Part shown: one piece after another, positions 10,199-21,600 of the stretch
How the letters are laid out: every line of letters begins with the position of its first letter
Position numbering within the stretch: position 1 is the stretch's first letter
Assembly: GCA_964022585.1 (NCBI GenBank)
Contig: CAXIBS010000002.1
Location: 5,102-69,101 of the forward strand
Reading direction: 5' to 3'
Length of the DNA stretch: 64,000 bases
DNA from: an uncultured Colwellia sp.
GTDB lineage: Bacteria > Pseudomonadota > Gammaproteobacteria > Enterobacterales > Alteromonadaceae
Position numbers and translations under genes: made by a program
The notes under the pieces: model-generated
Database searches by the model: none
Told to the model about the DNA's origin: nothing
Seen by the model: only the letters and a program-made list of their open reading frames with translations

Positions 10199-11434
10199 CT
10201 AACAAATAAACTCATCAAATAGTTGTACTTCTACAATTTCACCTGCACTTACCGATCCCTTTTCAGATGGCAGAACAATAAAGCAATTAGCCTGTGCCAA
10301 GCTAGATAAGATGCCTGAGCCTTGCGCGCCCGTAGAGGCAACAATATTTTCACCCTGCTCACTAACTGTTAGTATTCCTCGTTGAAGATCTAAACGTCCT
10401 GGAGACTTTCTCAAATCACTAATGCATTTCACTTTTAACTTTGTTCGTTTTAATGGCTGTGAATTTTGCATTTTAGTTAACGCAACTAACGCTAATTGAT
10501 GAAAGGTTACTAATGCCGATACTGGATTGCCCGGTAAACCAAAAAATACACTATTAGGTAATTTACCAAAAGCAAAAGGCTTTCCTGGCTTTATTGCTAT
10601 TTTCCAAAAACCTATTTCACCTAAATCATCTAAAACAGTTTTAGTATAATCAGCATCGCCAACAGAAACACCACCAGAAGAAATAACAGCATCAGCCTGC
10701 TCATCCGCACTTATAAATGCTGATTTGATCGCTTCAAAGTCATCTTCAATAACACCAAAATCAATAATATCAACATGAAGTTTTTCTAACATACCACGTA
10801 AGACAAAGCTATTACTCTCATATATATCTCCAGAGCTTAATGCTTGTCCTGGGAGTTTAAGTTCATCACCAGTAGCAATTACCGCAACTTTTAACTTACG
10901 ATAAACTTGTACTTCACTAACACCTAGTGAAGCTAAAATACCAATATCTACCGCAGATAATTTGTGCCCTGTTGGTAATACTTTTTGTCCTATCTGGATA
11001 TCTTCACCTGCTTTGCGCACGTGAGATCCAAGCTTTTTATCCTGTAAAAAGGTAATAGATTCATCATTGGCTTGCACATTCTCCTGCATTTCAACACTAT
11101 CACAACAAGATGGCATTTTAGCCCCTGTCATAATGCGAATACATTCACCTATCTCACACTTCCCCTCATAAGGAGCCCCTGCCATTGAGCGCCCAACTAA
11201 GGTTAATATTTTACTTTGCGTTAAGCTTTCAAGTGCAAATGCATAACCATCCATTGCTGAGTTATCATGATTAGGCACATTCAACGGACTAGAAATATCT
11301 TCTGCTAATATATAATTCATCGCCTTATCTATAGCGATATTAACAGTTTCAGTAACTGGGGTTATTTGTGACAACATATTTTGCATTGCCTGTTCAAACG
11401 GCAGCAAACCAGGGGCAGAACAACAATCAGACAT
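10199..11434 (-). CDS. moeA: Molybdopterin molybdotransferase MoeA
   Basis: SAMDGYA, IMTGA, TGDEL, SSGGVSVG, KPGKP, LPGNP motifs. Confidence 0.96.
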   Translation of the reverse strand: MSDCCSAPGLLPFEQAMQNMLSQITPVTETVNIAIDKAMNYILAEDISSPLNVPNHDNSAMDGYAFALESLTQSKILTLVGRSMAGAPYEGKCEIGECIRIMTGAKMPSCCDSVEMQENVQANDESITFLQDKKLGSHVRKAGEDIQIGQKVLPTGHKLSAVDIGILASLGVSEVQVYRKLKVAVIATGDELKLPGQALSSGDIYESNSFVLRGMLEKLHVDIIDFGVIEDDFEAIKSAFISADEQADAVISSGGVSVGDADYTKTVLDDLGEIGFWKIAIKPGKPFAFGKLPNSVFFGLPGNPVSALVTFHQLALVALTKMQNSQPLKRTKLKVKCISDLRKSPGRLDLQRGILTVSEQGENIVASTGAQGSGILSSLAQANCFIVLPSEKGSVSAGEIVEVQLFDEFIC

Positions 11435-11548
11435 AAGGTACTCACTTAACTTTAAACTAATAACTATTTTTAATGGCGCTAGTATCGCCTACTTTTAACA
11501 GAAAGTAATAGCAATTTAACCTTACAAACAGATCGCATTAGCTATTTA

Positions 11549-11562
11549 TTGATGTTAATCAA
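11549..11562. promoter_or_regulatory. FNR binding site upstream of the moaA operon
   Basis: Perfect TTGAT-GTTA-ATCAA; -10-like TACGAT at 11585-11590 fits class II spacing. Confidence 0.75.
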
Positions 11563-11645
11563 AATAATCAAATTCAAAATCAATTACGATATTTGCCAAT
11601 AAATGATATATACTCAATTTTAGTCATACGACTAAAAATAATTTT

Positions 11646-11780
11646 ACACCGAGCTGTAATTGCTAACACTAACATTTTTCAAATGATGGTTAAGTAGTTA
11701 TAAGCCGTAGTAGGTATTGTAAACCACTTACTACCAGGGTTAACAAGGAAACACGTTAGCCTCCCACATTTGGAAAGGTG
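11646..11780 (+). ncRNA. Moco RNA motif (molybdenum cofactor riboswitch candidate)
   Basis: ACACCGAGC...CTAA...ATGG...GCC...CAGGG...GAAA...GCCTCCC...TTTGGAAAGGTG directly before the moaA ATG; 5' CACC can pair with GGTG over the RBS. Confidence 0.85.
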
Positions 11781-11782
11781 AC

Positions 11783-12754
11783 ATGTTAACAGACAATTTC
11801 GGCCGCCGATTTTATTATCTGCGCCTCTCTATCACTGATGTATGTAACTTTAGTTGCAACTACTGCCTGCCTGACGGCTATCAATGTGATACTCCACGAG
11901 ACTTTATGTCCCTCGCTGAAATAAAGCGTTTAACGACTGCTTTTGCTAGCTTAGGCACAGAAAAAATCCGTATTACCGGTGGCGAACCTGCACTGCGTAA
12001 AGACTTACCTGACATTATTTCTCAATGTAAACAAACGCAAGGTATTAAAAAGGTTGCTATTACTAGTAATGGTTTTAAATTACCAGAGCATTTACCTCAG
12101 TGGTTAGACGCAGGAATTGATGCAATAAATATCAGTATTGATAGTTTAGATCCTCGTCAATTTCTAGCTATCACTGGCCATAATAAATTAGATACCATTT
12201 TAAAAGGTATCGATATGGCACTTGCTGATGGTCGACCAACAGTCAAAGTCAACACCGTTTTAATGCGTGAATATAGCGGGCGAAATATTCAAAGTTACTT
12301 GGATTGGTTAAAAGATACACCCGTCACGTTACGCTTTATTGAACTAATGCAAACAGGTGACAACCAAAGTTTCTTTGATGCGCAGCATGTTCAAGGCTCT
12401 CGTATTAAACAAAACTTAATTCTTGATGGTTGGCTGCCTGTTATTCAAGACAGATCTGCAGGCCCAGCACAAGAGTTTTATCATCCTGATTACCAGGGTC
12501 GTATTGGTTTGATTATGCCGTACTCCACCGATTTTTGTGATAGTTGTAATCGCTTACGTGTTAGCTCTTCAGGAAAACTACATTTATGCTTATTTGGTGA
12601 AAATGGCTTATCGCTACGTGAGCAATTACAATCAGATAACATTGAGCCCTTACAAGCTCAAATACTTTCCTTATTAGGTGATAAGAAAGCTGCTCATTTT
12701 TTGCATGATAAACTCACTGGTGGCACTAAACACTTGGCCATGTTAGGTGGCTAA
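11783..12754 (+). CDS. moaA: GTP 3',8-cyclase MoaA
   Basis: CNFSCNYC radical SAM motif, FCDSCNRLR, C-terminal GG. Confidence 0.97.
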   Translation: MLTDNFGRRFYYLRLSITDVCNFSCNYCLPDGYQCDTPRDFMSLAEIKRLTTAFASLGTEKIRITGGEPALRKDLPDIISQCKQTQGIKKVAITSNGFKLPEHLPQWLDAGIDAINISIDSLDPRQFLAITGHNKLDTILKGIDMALADGRPTVKVNTVLMREYSGRNIQSYLDWLKDTPVTLRFIELMQTGDNQSFFDAQHVQGSRIKQNLILDGWLPVIQDRSAGPAQEFYHPDYQGRIGLIMPYSTDFCDSCNRLRVSSSGKLHLCLFGENGLSLREQLQSDNIEPLQAQILSLLGDKKAAHFLHDKLTGGTKHLAMLGG

Positions 12755-13376
12755 CATGACCAACTTTAACAGTAACTTTTCAAATGATGAATGCATGGGT
12801 GTGTTACTAGCAGGTGGTTTGTCATCTCGCATGGGGCAAGATAAAGCAAAGCTACGCCATAATACTACTGACATGCTTAATTTTTCTAAGCAATTACTCA
12901 TTAAGTCAGGTATCAATAATATTATTGTAAGTGGCGATCAATACGACATACCAGACAAGATAAAACAATGTGGCCCTGTTGGTGGCATTTATAGTGTTTT
13001 ATCACGCTTCCCTCTCACTAAATCATTGTTAATACTTCCTGTTGACCTACCCTTTATGTCAGCAGAAGTATTAAAAAAATTGCGTATTAGCGGTGAATTA
13101 AGCCAAAAAGCCACTTACTTTAAAAAACATAATATTCCGTTATATTTACCAAATAGCACCTACGTGGAACTATTTTTCTCGAACGTTTTTTCTAAAAATT
13201 TAGAAAACAATAGCGATGAAATATCAGGAAAAACAACTAAAAAAAATGGGCCGTCAATAAAAGCCCTACTTCAACAAGTACCACATCAAGCAATTCAAGT
13301 TGATGATGAAAAAGCTTTATTTAATACCAATACGCCTGAACAATGGCAACAAGCAGTAAAACAGTTTAGCGTTTAA
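12747..13376 (+). CDS. mobA: Molybdenum cofactor guanylyltransferase
   Basis: LAGGLSSRMGQDK, GPVGGI, PVDLP, NTNTPE motifs. Confidence 0.9.
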   Translation: MANMTNFNSNFSNDECMGVLLAGGLSSRMGQDKAKLRHNTTDMLNFSKQLLIKSGINNIIVSGDQYDIPDKIKQCGPVGGIYSVLSRFPLTKSLLILPVDLPFMSAEVLKKLRISGELSQKATYFKKHNIPLYLPNSTYVELFFSNVFSKNLENNSDEISGKTTKKNGPSIKALLQQVPHQAIQVDDEKALFNTNTPEQWQQAVKQFSV

Positions 13377-13432
13377 AAGCTTGTTTACTTAAACATTTAT
13401 ACATTAACTTATATAAGACTAAAGGAAATACT

Positions 13433-13975
13433 ATGTCGGCACACGGCGGAAAAACATTTATCCCTTTAAACATAGCAGTATTAACTGTATCTGATACACG
13501 TAATGAGTCTAACGATACTTCAGGACAAGCACTGGTTGAACGTTTAACGGCAGCAGGTCATCAATTAGCTGATAAAGCGATTGTTATTGATGATGTTTAT
13601 CAGCTACGTGCACAAGTATCTAAATGGATTGCTGATAGTAATATCAGCGCGATTATTTCAACAGGCGGTACAGGATTCACTGAGCGTGATAATACTCCTG
13701 AAGCACTAATGCCATTGTTTGATAAAAATGTTGAAGGTTTTGGTGAAGTATTTCGTCATGTATCATTAGCTGAAATAGGCACATCAACTATTCAATCTCG
13801 CGCCTTTGGTGGCATTGCAAATAAAACAGTTGTGCTTTGTGTGCCTGGTTCAACCAATGCTTGTAAAACAGCATGGGACAAAGTTATTAAAGAGCAGCTT
13901 GATGCGAGTCACAGACCATGTAATTTTGTACCTCATTTAAATATTTCAGCTGAACAGTGTGAGACTCGTGGCTAA
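13433..13975 (+). CDS. moaB: Molybdenum cofactor biosynthesis protein B
   Basis: [25 protein letters not shown] motifs. Confidence 0.93.
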   Translation: MSAHGGKTFIPLNIAVLTVSDTRNESNDTSGQALVERLTAAGHQLADKAIVIDDVYQLRAQVSKWIADSNISAIISTGGTGFTERDNTPEALMPLFDKNVEGFGEVFRHVSLAEIGTSTIQSRAFGGIANKTVVLCVPGSTNACKTAWDKVIKEQLDASHRPCNFVPHLNISAEQCETRG

Positions 13976-14472
13976 TGAGTAATTTAACTTCTTCATCACC
14001 GGAATTAAGCCACCTTAATCAGCACGGTGAAGCGAATATGGTTGATGTCACTGAAAAAGCGATGACCTCACGTACAGCCACAGCGCAAGGTTTCATTAAA
14101 ATGAATAGTGAAACTTTTGAGTTGATTACTACAGGTAAACATAAAAAAGGCGATGTTTTTGCCGTAGCACGTATTGCAGGCATACAAGCAGCCAAAAAAT
14201 GTAGTGATTTAATTCCTTTATGTCATCCTCTCATGTTGAGTAAAGTACAAGTTGATTTCACCTTAGATGCTGAAAACACATCAGTAAAAGTAACTAGCTT
14301 ATGTCGTCTAACAGGACAAACTGGCGTAGAAATGGAAGCGCTAACTGCTGTTTCAGTTGCGTGCTTAACTTTATTTGATATGTGTAAAGCAGCCGATCCA
14401 GCAATGGAAATTTCAGGCATAAAAGTATTAACAAAAGAAGGCGGTAAGTCAGGCCAGTGGCAAGCAAACTAA
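13975..14472 (+). CDS. moaC: Cyclic pyranopterin monophosphate synthase MoaC
   Basis: [25 protein letters not shown] motifs. Confidence 0.96.
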   Translation: MSNLTSSSPELSHLNQHGEANMVDVTEKAMTSRTATAQGFIKMNSETFELITTGKHKKGDVFAVARIAGIQAAKKCSDLIPLCHPLMLSKVQVDFTLDAENTSVKVTSLCRLTGQTGVEMEALTAVSVACLTLFDMCKAADPAMEISGIKVLTKEGGKSGQWQAN

Positions 14473-14520
14473 TTTTCAATGTTGAATAAATAGCCACAAC
14501 AAACATTGTAAGGATGTATT

Positions 14521-14769
14521 ATGATCAAAGTTGTTTTTTTTGCCGCATTACGTGAGCAATTGAACTGTAGTGAGCTCACTGTCAGTTGTGAAAATATCTC
14601 AACTGTTGCAGAATTAAAAGATCAACTTGCTAGTAAAAATGAGCAATGGGGCACTCTTTTTAACAACACCTCATTATTAAGTGCAATAAACCACGACATG
14701 GTTGATAGCACACATGCAATCAGATCAGGTGATGAAGTTGCTTTCTTTCCGCCTGTTACTGGTGGCTAA
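14521..14769 (+). CDS. moaD: Molybdopterin synthase sulfur carrier
   Basis: FFAALRE; C-terminal FFPPVTGG. Confidence 0.96.
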   Translation: MIKVVFFAALREQLNCSELTVSCENISTVAELKDQLASKNEQWGTLFNNTSLLSAINHDMVDSTHAIRSGDEVAFFPPVTGG

Positions 14770-14789
14770 AGCGTGTAAAGAGCAAAAAT

Positions 14790-15242
14790 ATGAACCAAGA
14801 GATATCCATACAAACAGCTGATTTTAGTTTAGCCGATGAAGTGGCTTTACTTGAGCAAGATAACGCAATCGACGGTGCTGTGGTCACCTTTACTGGTCGT
14901 GTGCGAAATAATAACAATGGTATGAGTGTGAGTGGCTTAACCCTTGAGCATTATCCCGGCATGACCGAAAAGTCGTTAGCTAAGATTATTGATCTTGCTA
15001 AATCACGCTGGAATATTGGACGTGTGAAAGTAATACATCGCATAGGTGAGTTAAATATTGGCGAACAAATAGTTTTTGTTGGTGTTACCAGTAAGCATCG
15101 ACACGATGCCTTTGCTGCAAATGAATTCATTATGGATTTTTTGAAAGTACAAGCGCCCTTTTGGAAGAAAGAGCGCACCGAGCAAGGTGAATCTTGGCTT
15201 GACGCCAAAGCTACTGATGATGCAAAAGCACAAGATTGGTAA
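14790..15242 (+). CDS. moaE: Molybdopterin synthase catalytic subunit
   Basis: GAVVTFTGRVR, EHYPGM, HRIG, APFWKKE motifs. Confidence 0.96.
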   Translation: MNQEISIQTADFSLADEVALLEQDNAIDGAVVTFTGRVRNNNNGMSVSGLTLEHYPGMTEKSLAKIIDLAKSRWNIGRVKVIHRIGELNIGEQIVFVGVTSKHRHDAFAANEFIMDFLKVQAPFWKKERTEQGESWLDAKATDDAKAQDW

Positions 15243-15250
15243 GTTAAGTA

Positions 15251-16054
15251 ATGAACTTATATAAATATTGTTCACTATTTCTTATTTTATCATTGCACTG
15301 CATGAGTACCGCCTTTGCTTTCAATAACAACGAAAGCAAACCATTACGAATTGCAGTTGCGGCTAACTTTACCCCAGTACTAAAAGCGTTATTAGTAGAG
15401 TTTCATAAACAAACCAAAATTGAAACACAAATTATTAGCGGTGCTACTGGCGCTTTATACTTACAAATAAAGCATGGAGCTCCCTTTGATCTTTATATTT
15501 CTGCCGACAGCATTAGACCTGAATTACTCGAACAACAAAATCTTATTGTAGCTAACAGTCGAAAAACTTATGCTGTTGGGCAATTAGCTTTATTATCAAT
15601 GAATAAAAAAGTACAGTTAAGTGACTTAGCCAAGCCAGCAAAACGTTTTGCCATAGCCAACCCTAAGTTAGCTCCTTATGGTAAAGCTGCTAAACAAACA
15701 CTAGAATATTTAGGTCTTTGGCAACAGTATCAAGCTCGCTTAATTACAGGGATTAACATAAACCAAACATTTGCCCAAGTACGAAGCCAAGCAGTGAAAA
15801 GCGGTTTAGTTGCCAATAGCCAATTAGTGATTAACGAACTATCCGGTGTAGTAATCCCGAGTAGCTATCATCAGCCAATATTGCAACAGTTAGTCATTAT
15901 TAAAAGTAGTAAAAACATTGCTCAGGCAAAAAAATTAAGTCAGTTTTTATTATCTGCGCAAACCCAGCAAAAAATTGTAAACTTTGGTTACGCAAATAAC
16001 GCACCAGCCCAAAAGCTAATCCAACAACAAGAGAAAATTCATGCCAAGCCCTGA
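15251..16054 (+). CDS. modA: Molybdate ABC transporter substrate-binding protein
   Basis: Signal peptide; AVAANF, GAPFD, IANPKLAPYG motifs. Confidence 0.93.
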   Translation: MNLYKYCSLFLILSLHCMSTAFAFNNNESKPLRIAVAANFTPVLKALLVEFHKQTKIETQIISGATGALYLQIKHGAPFDLYISADSIRPELLEQQNLIVANSRKTYAVGQLALLSMNKKVQLSDLAKPAKRFAIANPKLAPYGKAAKQTLEYLGLWQQYQARLITGININQTFAQVRSQAVKSGLVANSQLVINELSGVVIPSSYHQPILQQLVIIKSSKNIAQAKKLSQFLLSAQTQQKIVNFGYANNAPAQKLIQQQEKIHAKP

Positions 16055-16724
16055 TTTTTTAGCTCTCATTGTTACGCTGAAAATGGCAGCAATTACTACG
16101 CTAATTCTATTATTAATTGGCACGCCACTGGCTTGGTATTTAGCTAAAATGACTAGTCGATTTAAAGTCATTATTGAAGCTATTGTTGCCCTCCCCTTAG
16201 TACTACCCCCAACGGTTTTGGGGTTTTATTTATTAATTGCATTCTCCCCACAGCATTTACCCGGACAACTATGGCAACAAGTAACAGGTCAACAACTTGC
16301 CTTTAGTTTTTCAGCCATTGTTATTGGCTCAGTTTTGTATTCATTACCCTTTGTTGTACAGCCATTACAGAAAGCTTTTGAACAATTAGGCGATTCATTA
16401 CTTGAAGCTGGGGCTATGCTAGGTGCAGGCCCAATTGATAGATTTTTTACCATTGTATTACCGTTAACAAAAGCCAGCTTTATCACTGCTGCTAGTTTAG
16501 GCTTTGCTCACACTGTTGGTGAATTTGGTGTGATATTAATGATAGGTGGTAATATTCCTGGGGAAACGCGTGTGCTATCAATCGCCTTATTTGATCATGT
16601 TGAAGCTTTTGATTACGCCAAAGCCCATGTTCTTGCGGTAAGTTTACTAATTGGCTCAATGATTTTATTGGCGAGCGTTTATTTATTAAACTTGCCACGT
16701 CAAAAGTCAGGGAAGATGAGCTAA
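16041..16724 (+). CDS. modB: Molybdate ABC transporter permease
   Basis: LPLVLPPTVLGFYLL, GEFGVILMIGGNIPG motifs. Confidence 0.95.
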   Translation: MPSPDFLALIVTLKMAAITTLILLLIGTPLAWYLAKMTSRFKVIIEAIVALPLVLPPTVLGFYLLIAFSPQHLPGQLWQQVTGQQLAFSFSAIVIGSVLYSLPFVVQPLQKAFEQLGDSLLEAGAMLGAGPIDRFFTIVLPLTKASFITAASLGFAHTVGEFGVILMIGGNIPGETRVLSIALFDHVEAFDYAKAHVLAVSLLIGSMILLASVYLLNLPRQKSGKMS

Positions 16725-16727
16725 TTT

Positions 16728-17840
16728 ATGACGACACTTAAATTAGATTTCGATCTTTCATATAAAGCGTTTAATTTCACCATAAATCAAACACTGGATT
16801 TAAATGGTATTACAGGCGTTTTTGGTCATTCCGGTTCAGGAAAGTCGACTCTACTCAGAGCAATTGCAGGACTTGAGAAAAACATTTCAGGTTCGATAGT
16901 TTTTGATAACAATACTCTGATCAATACAACACAAAAATTCAACCAAAAAGCAGAACAGCGACATATCAGTTTAGTGTTTCAAAACAGTCGCTTGTTTCCA
17001 CATTTAAATGTACTTGATAACTTAAAGTATGCAGCCAAGCGTTGCGCTAATAGTCAGCTAAAGCTCAGTGACATATTAACATTAACTGAATTAGATAATT
17101 TAACCCAAGCTAACGTTGAAGAGCTTTCTAGTGGTCAAAAGCAGCGAGTTGCCTTAGCTAGAGCTTTACTAAGTGAACCAAAATTGTTACTGCTTGATGA
17201 ACCCTTAAGCGCCCTTGATCAAACAAGTAAAACTAAACTGCTAAGATTAATTGTCAAAGTGCAACAGCAACTTAATTTACCTATTTTGTACGTTAGCCAT
17301 TCTTTAGATGAACTTCAACAAGTGTGCGATAACATGCTAATACTATCTGAGGGGAAAGTAATAAATTATGGTAATATTCACCAAACGATTCATCAATTAA
17401 ACTTTCTTTCTAATAGCATTTCCTCTGAGCAATTAATCCACCAACAAACCAGCTTATCTTTACCCATATCAAATACAGATAACGGCCAAGGATTAATGGT
17501 ATTAGCACTAGCAGAGCAGGAAATATTACTACCTCTCTCATCTGAGGAATTAGTTAATAATGAATGTCTACGTTGTTTTATCCTTGCGAGTGACATCAGC
17601 ATTTGTTTATCTGAGCCCCAAAATAGTACTATTGTAAATCAATTATCAGGTACTATTACCGCAATTAAATCGAGCATTATCGATGAATCTACCCATTCAG
17701 TATTAGTAACAGTAGCCTGCTCAGAACAAGAATTTTATGTTCATATCAGTACCTATTCACAACAAAGATTAGCATTAAATATAAATCAAAAGGTATATTT
17801 ACAGTTTAAAGCAGGTGCAGTGCGAACTTATTTATACTAA
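16728..17840 (+). CDS. modC: Molybdate ABC transporter ATP-binding protein
   Basis: GHSGSGKS, LSSGQKQR, LLLDEP; TOBE-like C-terminus. Confidence 0.93.
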   Translation: MTTLKLDFDLSYKAFNFTINQTLDLNGITGVFGHSGSGKSTLLRAIAGLEKNISGSIVFDNNTLINTTQKFNQKAEQRHISLVFQNSRLFPHLNVLDNLKYAAKRCANSQLKLSDILTLTELDNLTQANVEELSSGQKQRVALARALLSEPKLLLLDEPLSALDQTSKTKLLRLIVKVQQQLNLPILYVSHSLDELQQVCDNMLILSEGKVINYGNIHQTIHQLNFLSNSISSEQLIHQQTSLSLPISNTDNGQGLMVLALAEQEILLPLSSEELVNNECLRCFILASDISICLSEPQNSTIVNQLSGTITAIKSSIIDESTHSVLVTVACSEQEFYVHISTYSQQRLALNINQKVYLQFKAGAVRTYLY

Positions 17841-17874
17841 ATTTACCTTTCAAAAAATATAATAGGAAGCAAAC

Positions 17875-18627
17875 GTGTTAACAACACAAGAACAGCTAAA
17901 GTATTCAAGACAGATTATGCTCGACAAAATAGGCGAGCAAGGGCAAATTTCTTTGCGTAATGCCAAAGTACTTATTGTGGGTGTTGGTGGCTTGGGAAAT
18001 CCAGCTAGCTTGTATTTAGCTGCAGCAGGTATTGGCACGCTATATTTAGCAGACGGTGATATTATTGAATTGAGTAACTTACCTAGACAAATACAGTTTA
18101 GCGAGCAAGATATTGATCAAAGCAAAGCTGATACTGCAGCAGAAAATCTCACTCAACAATTTCCTGATTGTCATATTGAAGCAATAGATGACATGCTTGA
18201 TCAGGAGTTATGTGAATACTATTTACCGCAAGTCGATTTGGTACTTGATTGTTCAGATAACATCGCCACACGCTATTTAATCAACCAAGCATGTATTACA
18301 CACAAAACCCCTTTAGTTGTAGGTGCTGCAACAGGGTTTGATGGACAACAAATGGTAATAGATCCAAGAGATGACAATAGCGCTTGTTATCATTGTCTCT
18401 TTCCCGCTTCGGAAAAAGCACCAGCCAATAATTGTCAAACCATAGGTATTTTAGGGCCTGTTCTAGCAATTGTTGCAGGTATGCAAGCATTGCAAGCGAT
18501 AAAGCTGCTAACCGGTAATAAAGCACAAATTAATAAGCTCAATTTATTTGATGGCTTATCGAATCAATGGCAACATTTTACAATGAAAAAACAACAAAAA
18601 TGCGCAGTGTGCGGGAATAAAGAATAA
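17875..18627 (+). CDS. moeB: Molybdopterin-synthase adenylyltransferase MoeB (ThiF family)
   Basis: YSRQ, GVGGLG, SNLPRQ, CYHC and CAVC zinc motifs; operon context. Confidence 0.9.
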   Translation: MLTTQEQLKYSRQIMLDKIGEQGQISLRNAKVLIVGVGGLGNPASLYLAAAGIGTLYLADGDIIELSNLPRQIQFSEQDIDQSKADTAAENLTQQFPDCHIEAIDDMLDQELCEYYLPQVDLVLDCSDNIATRYLINQACITHKTPLVVGAATGFDGQQMVIDPRDDNSACYHCLFPASEKAPANNCQTIGILGPVLAIVAGMQALQAIKLLTGNKAQINKLNLFDGLSNQWQHFTMKKQQKCAVCGNKE

Positions 18628-18665
18628 CACCTTAATTAAACTAGCACTCAGTAAAAAAGCCGCGC

Positions 18666-21600
18666 CTATTCTGTTTTAGGCGCTTTTGCTAATAACAGTG
18701 ATGAGATTTCTTTTACTGGTAATGGTTTAGCAAAGAAAAAACCTTGATACTGCCCACAACCATATGATTTCAGCTCAACCAATTGTTGTTCGGTTTCTAC
18801 ACCTTCAGCAATAACTTTTAAGTTAAGGCTGTGTGCCATTGCAACAATGGTTTTACAAATGGTTGCATCATCAGGATCTGTGGTGATGTCTCTTACAAAA
18901 GATTGATCAATTTTCAATGTATCAAGTGGAAAACGTTTAAGATAACTTAAGCTAGAATAGCCCGTACCAAAATCATCTATGCTTAACTGCACTCCTAATT
19001 CATGAATTTTATTTAAGGTATCAATCGTTTTCTCAACGTTATTCATTACCGCACTTTCTGTTAATTCCAATTCTAATAAATCAGCAGGCAATTTAACCTC
19101 ATCTATCACCTGCTCAATCTGCATAACTATATCAGACTGACCAAGCTGTACTGCGGACAGGTTAACAGAAACGACTAAATTTTCTATTCCTTGTTGGCGC
19201 CATTGCTCTGCTTGAGCCACAGCCTGTTTTAGCACCCAGTTTCCGAGTTGATTTATATAGCCTGTTTCTTCGGCAACCGGAATAAATTCAGCTGGAGAGA
19301 TAAAGCCTTTTTCAGGGTGTATCCAACGTAATAGGGCCTCAACACCACGTATATCACTATTGTTAAGACAGACTTTAGGTTGGTAATACACTTGTAATTG
19401 GTTACGTTCAATAGCTTGATAAAGTTCGCTTTCAAGTTCAATACGTTGATTAATATGCTGATCAATACCACGGTTAAAAAATTGATGCTGATTTCTACCA
19501 TGAGACTTACTATGATACATAGCTGCATCGGCATTTTTCATTAACGTAGCAAGGTCTTTACCGTCTTCTGGATATACACTAATTCCAGTACTTAAGGTCA
19601 GATATACTTCGTTTGTTCCAATACTAATAACTTTTTCAAAAGCAGTTTGTAAATTATGAATAATACATTCGATGTCATAATCACAAGTAATATGGGTGAG
19701 CACAATAATAAACTCATCGCCTCCAAAGCGAGCAACAGTATCGGTTTCACGAACGGTATCAGTTAAACGCTTGGCAACTTCTTTGAGCAATGAATCACCG
19801 TGCTGGTGACCTAATGAATCATTGATATTTTTAAAACGATCTAAGTCGATAAACAGTAAAACCACCTGTTCTTTGGTTCTATCTGCATGATGTAGTGCTT
19901 CGTTTAGCCTATCCTCAAGCAAGTTACGGTTTGGCAATCCAGTCAGTGGATCATGAAGTGCTAAATGTTTAACTTTTTCTTCAGCAACCTTACGGTCTTC
20001 AACTTCGTCGTGTAACAGTTTTATAGTGCTATTAAGCTCCTGAGTACGTTGCTCTACACGTAATTCTAGTTCTTGATGAAGTTGTTTACGTGATAGTTCA
20101 GCCTGTTTACGTTCGGTAATATCCATAAAGATCCAGATAATGCCTTTATTAATATCATTTGGATCACAAGCGCTCCCACGTACATCACACCATATTTGGC
20201 TACCGTCCTTACGACGAAGAAACATTTCTTCTGAATAGCTTTCACCTCTATTAAGAGGGGGGAAGCAGCGTTCTCCGGCTGATTTCCAGTCAGCATCATT
20301 CATATACCATAACCGCGAAGAAGCTCCATCAACTTCACCACGTTGATAATCAAATATTTCTTCAAAGCGCCGGTTGCATCGTGTCAGTTTATTATCAACC
20401 ATGCAAATAATGCCAACCATTGCATGATCAAGAATAACCCGTTGTTCATCAAGCAGCTTATTTAACGCTTCTTGAGCGAGTATTTCTTCGTGTATATCCT
20501 TGGTAATCCATATCGTTCCCTTGCTTAAATCAGCAGAATCAATTGCTCGACTTTGCACTTCACACCAAACAGGGGTTCCATCTTTTTTGCCTAATAACAT
20601 TTGGGCAGAAAATGTACGCCCAGTTTGTAATGGCTCATAACAAAGTTCGCCAGCATTTTGCCAATCTTCATCAGATAGATACCATTGACGAGAAGTTCCT
20701 CCCTCTAATTCACCAAAAGTATAGCCAAACATTTCTTCAAACCGTTTATTACACTGGGTTACTTTACGGTCTTTCAAAAACATTATTCCAACCATAGCAT
20801 GGTCTAGAATAAGTTGTTGCTGGGCTAGGCTGTCATGTAAGGCATCTTGCGCTAATTTAAACTCATGTATATCTTCAACAATCCAAATAGCACCTTCATC
20901 TGGGTTGGCTGGGTCAATTAATTTACCTGTTAAACTTGCCCAGAATAACTCGCCATTACGGCGCTTCATTTGCATTTCGGTTCTGTAACGTTCTCCTTTA
21001 TTGAGTACCAGATAGGCTTCATCACCCAATTTTCTATACTTTTCTTTATCTGGATATAACATTAGGCTGTTGTTATTAATCAACTCATCATTAGAGTAAT
21101 TGAAAATTTCTTCAAAGCGTTTATTACAACGCAACATACGGCGATCACGAATAAAGCCGATACCGATACTCGCATTATCAAGTACCGCATCTTGTTCTTT
21201 AAGGGAGGTTAATAGCTGTTGTTCATTTTCTAAATAGTTATGAACATCATGTTCAAAAACATGAAAATTGATAGAACCATCATTCCAAATAATTTTTTCA
21301 ATACTGATACGATGCCATCTCTCGCCATTACGAGTATTGACTTCCATATCTCCTGAGAAGCTTTTAGTACCTCTTAGTTCATCCCAGACCTCTTGTGCTT
21401 CAATGCGAGACACAAAGTGGTGAATAAACTTATTATCAGACGTTAAAAAAAGATCATCTGCAGGACTGGAACGTTCAATCAATTCACCGCTGTCATTATA
21501 CAGTGATGATATTCTTTGTGATGCTTTGACAACTCTGGCAAATTTTTCTCCTGAGCTATCCTTTTTCTGAACGGGAGCTGCCTGAAATATATAATTTTGT

